Below, in pieces: positions 26,418-27,312 of a DNA stretch of 27,312 bases. The notes below the pieces were generated by a model. The model worked only from the letters and a program-made list of their open reading frames with translations. It was not told where the DNA came from and did no database searches. The stretch is from a virus (Duplodnaviria > Caudoviricetes): the IMG/VR virus record IMGVR_UViG_3300044723_008219, positions 1 through 27,312 of that record; one strand, given 5' to 3'. Position numbers and translations under genes: made by a program. Position 1 is the first letter of the stretch. Each line of letters begins with the position of its first letter.

Positions 26418-26774
26418 CTATCTATTAGCTCGGTCTCTCTCTATTTGCCTCTTTTGAGCTTTAGCCCAAGCTCGGCCAGGGTTCCCTCCCCAGAGAGCCC
26501 AGGCGATCGCAGCTTTAGAGGTCTTATCTCTCCGGGCTAGACTCTCCGCCTCGCTCTCTCCATGTCTGGCAAACCAAGCTATCATGAGATCGATTTGAGC
26601 CTCGTCCACTCCACCCGAGGCCAGTCTCCGAGCCGTCCTCATTCCGGTTCCAGGGACTCTCTTTCCGTCCTCGTCTTTATATGCAGCTCTCTGGGATAGA
26701 CTCCGAGATAAATTATAAGCGATCGCTCTCTCTGCTATCTCTCGGACCTCTCTCGGGACATTATATTTAGGCAT
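26418..26774 (-). CDS. Conserved phage hypothetical domain (WFARH ... IAWALWGG)
   Basis: Start reassigned to ATG at 26774 (AAGGAGG RBS); motif set G.RTARRLA, MIAWFARH, IAWALWGG.PG.AWA. Confidence 0.7.
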   Translation of the reverse strand: MPKYNVPREVREIAERAIAYNLSRSLSQRAAYKDEDGKRVPGTGMRTARRLASGGVDEAQIDLMIAWFARHGESEAESLARRDKTSKAAIAWALWGGNPGRAWAKAQKRQIERDRANR

Positions 26775-26823
26775 GATAAACCCTCCTTTTAATGTGATAT
26801 ATATATCATACGATGGAGGGGCT

Positions 26824-27111
26824 ATGGCTAAGAGGGCTCGCACAAATAGATCATATCAGGAGAATCTAGCTATCCGAGCTAAGGTTCAGGCTCTCATGGA
26901 GGAGGGTCTCCCCGAGAGCAATGCGCAAGCGGTCGCCTTTCGAATGTTCTCGAATGGAGAGATCCGAGTTAAGCAGAGCCTCCCCGGAGCGGCTACTGTC
27001 GCCGGGCTACTGGCTAATCAATTACGCAAGAAAAAACGGACCCAGGCGGCGGCTCGAGAGGCTGATATAGCCTCGAGCCGCCGATCTAAATCCGGACGGA
27101 AAAAACGGTAA
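26824..27111 (+). CDS. Basic hypothetical protein
   Basis: Start reassigned to ATG 26824 (GGAGG RBS); Lys/Arg-rich C-terminus. Confidence 0.6.
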   Translation: MAKRARTNRSYQENLAIRAKVQALMEEGLPESNAQAVAFRMFSNGEIRVKQSLPGAATVAGLLANQLRKKKRTQAAAREADIASSRRSKSGRKKR

Positions 27112-27115
27112 TAGG

Positions 27116-27307
27116 ATGAAAACGGAGAATGAGAAAGCTCTCGGAGAGGAGCGTCAAATTATCATCGCTAATATTGCCCTGGAGGTCCGAGAGCTTATAT
27201 CTCAGGGCCTATCCGAGCCCGAGGCTCTCCTCCAAGCTCTGGAGAGATCCCTAGACCGAGCCCGAGACTATCAAATCCGGAGAGATAATGGCCATGTGCC
27301 TAGATAG
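27116..27307 (+). CDS. Small hypothetical protein
   Basis: 63 aa helical ORF 4 nt after the preceding stop. Confidence 0.55.
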   Translation: MKTENEKALGEERQIIIANIALEVRELISQGLSEPEALLQALERSLDRARDYQIRRDNGHVPR

Positions 27308-27312
27308 AAAGG

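Noticed and set aside
26795-26808. Protelomerase (telRL) target palindrome
   Set aside because: Much shorter than N15-type sites, and no protelomerase gene is present.

Overview
The window looks like an essentially complete ~27.3 kb tailed-phage genome of siphovirus type; no terminal repeat is visible, so completeness is inferred from gene content. The + strand carries a tightly coupled late operon (59-19630): terminases, portal, scaffold, major capsid, neck, tail tube, frameshifted tail chaperones, tape measure, baseplate and lysis genes. A short leftward operon (20964-19695) includes a Rad52/Sak recombinase. A divergent control region with two palindromic operators precedes a rightward replication operon: XRE, RusA, AEP primase, VapE helicase, DEDDh exonuclease, DNA methyltransferase, HTH. 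I found no integrase, partition gene, tRNA or CRISPR array. Two features stand out. (1) A FixL-like heme-PAS domain fused to a coiled coil and a two-helix membrane anchor, with no output domain, is inserted with a Cys-rich membrane protein between the terminase genes. (2) A composite non-coding origin-like locus has two phased blocks of four DnaA boxes next to a dyad-symmetric ATGTCCA iteron array around an AT-rich core. All product calls come from motif recognition and synteny by eye; no database search was run.
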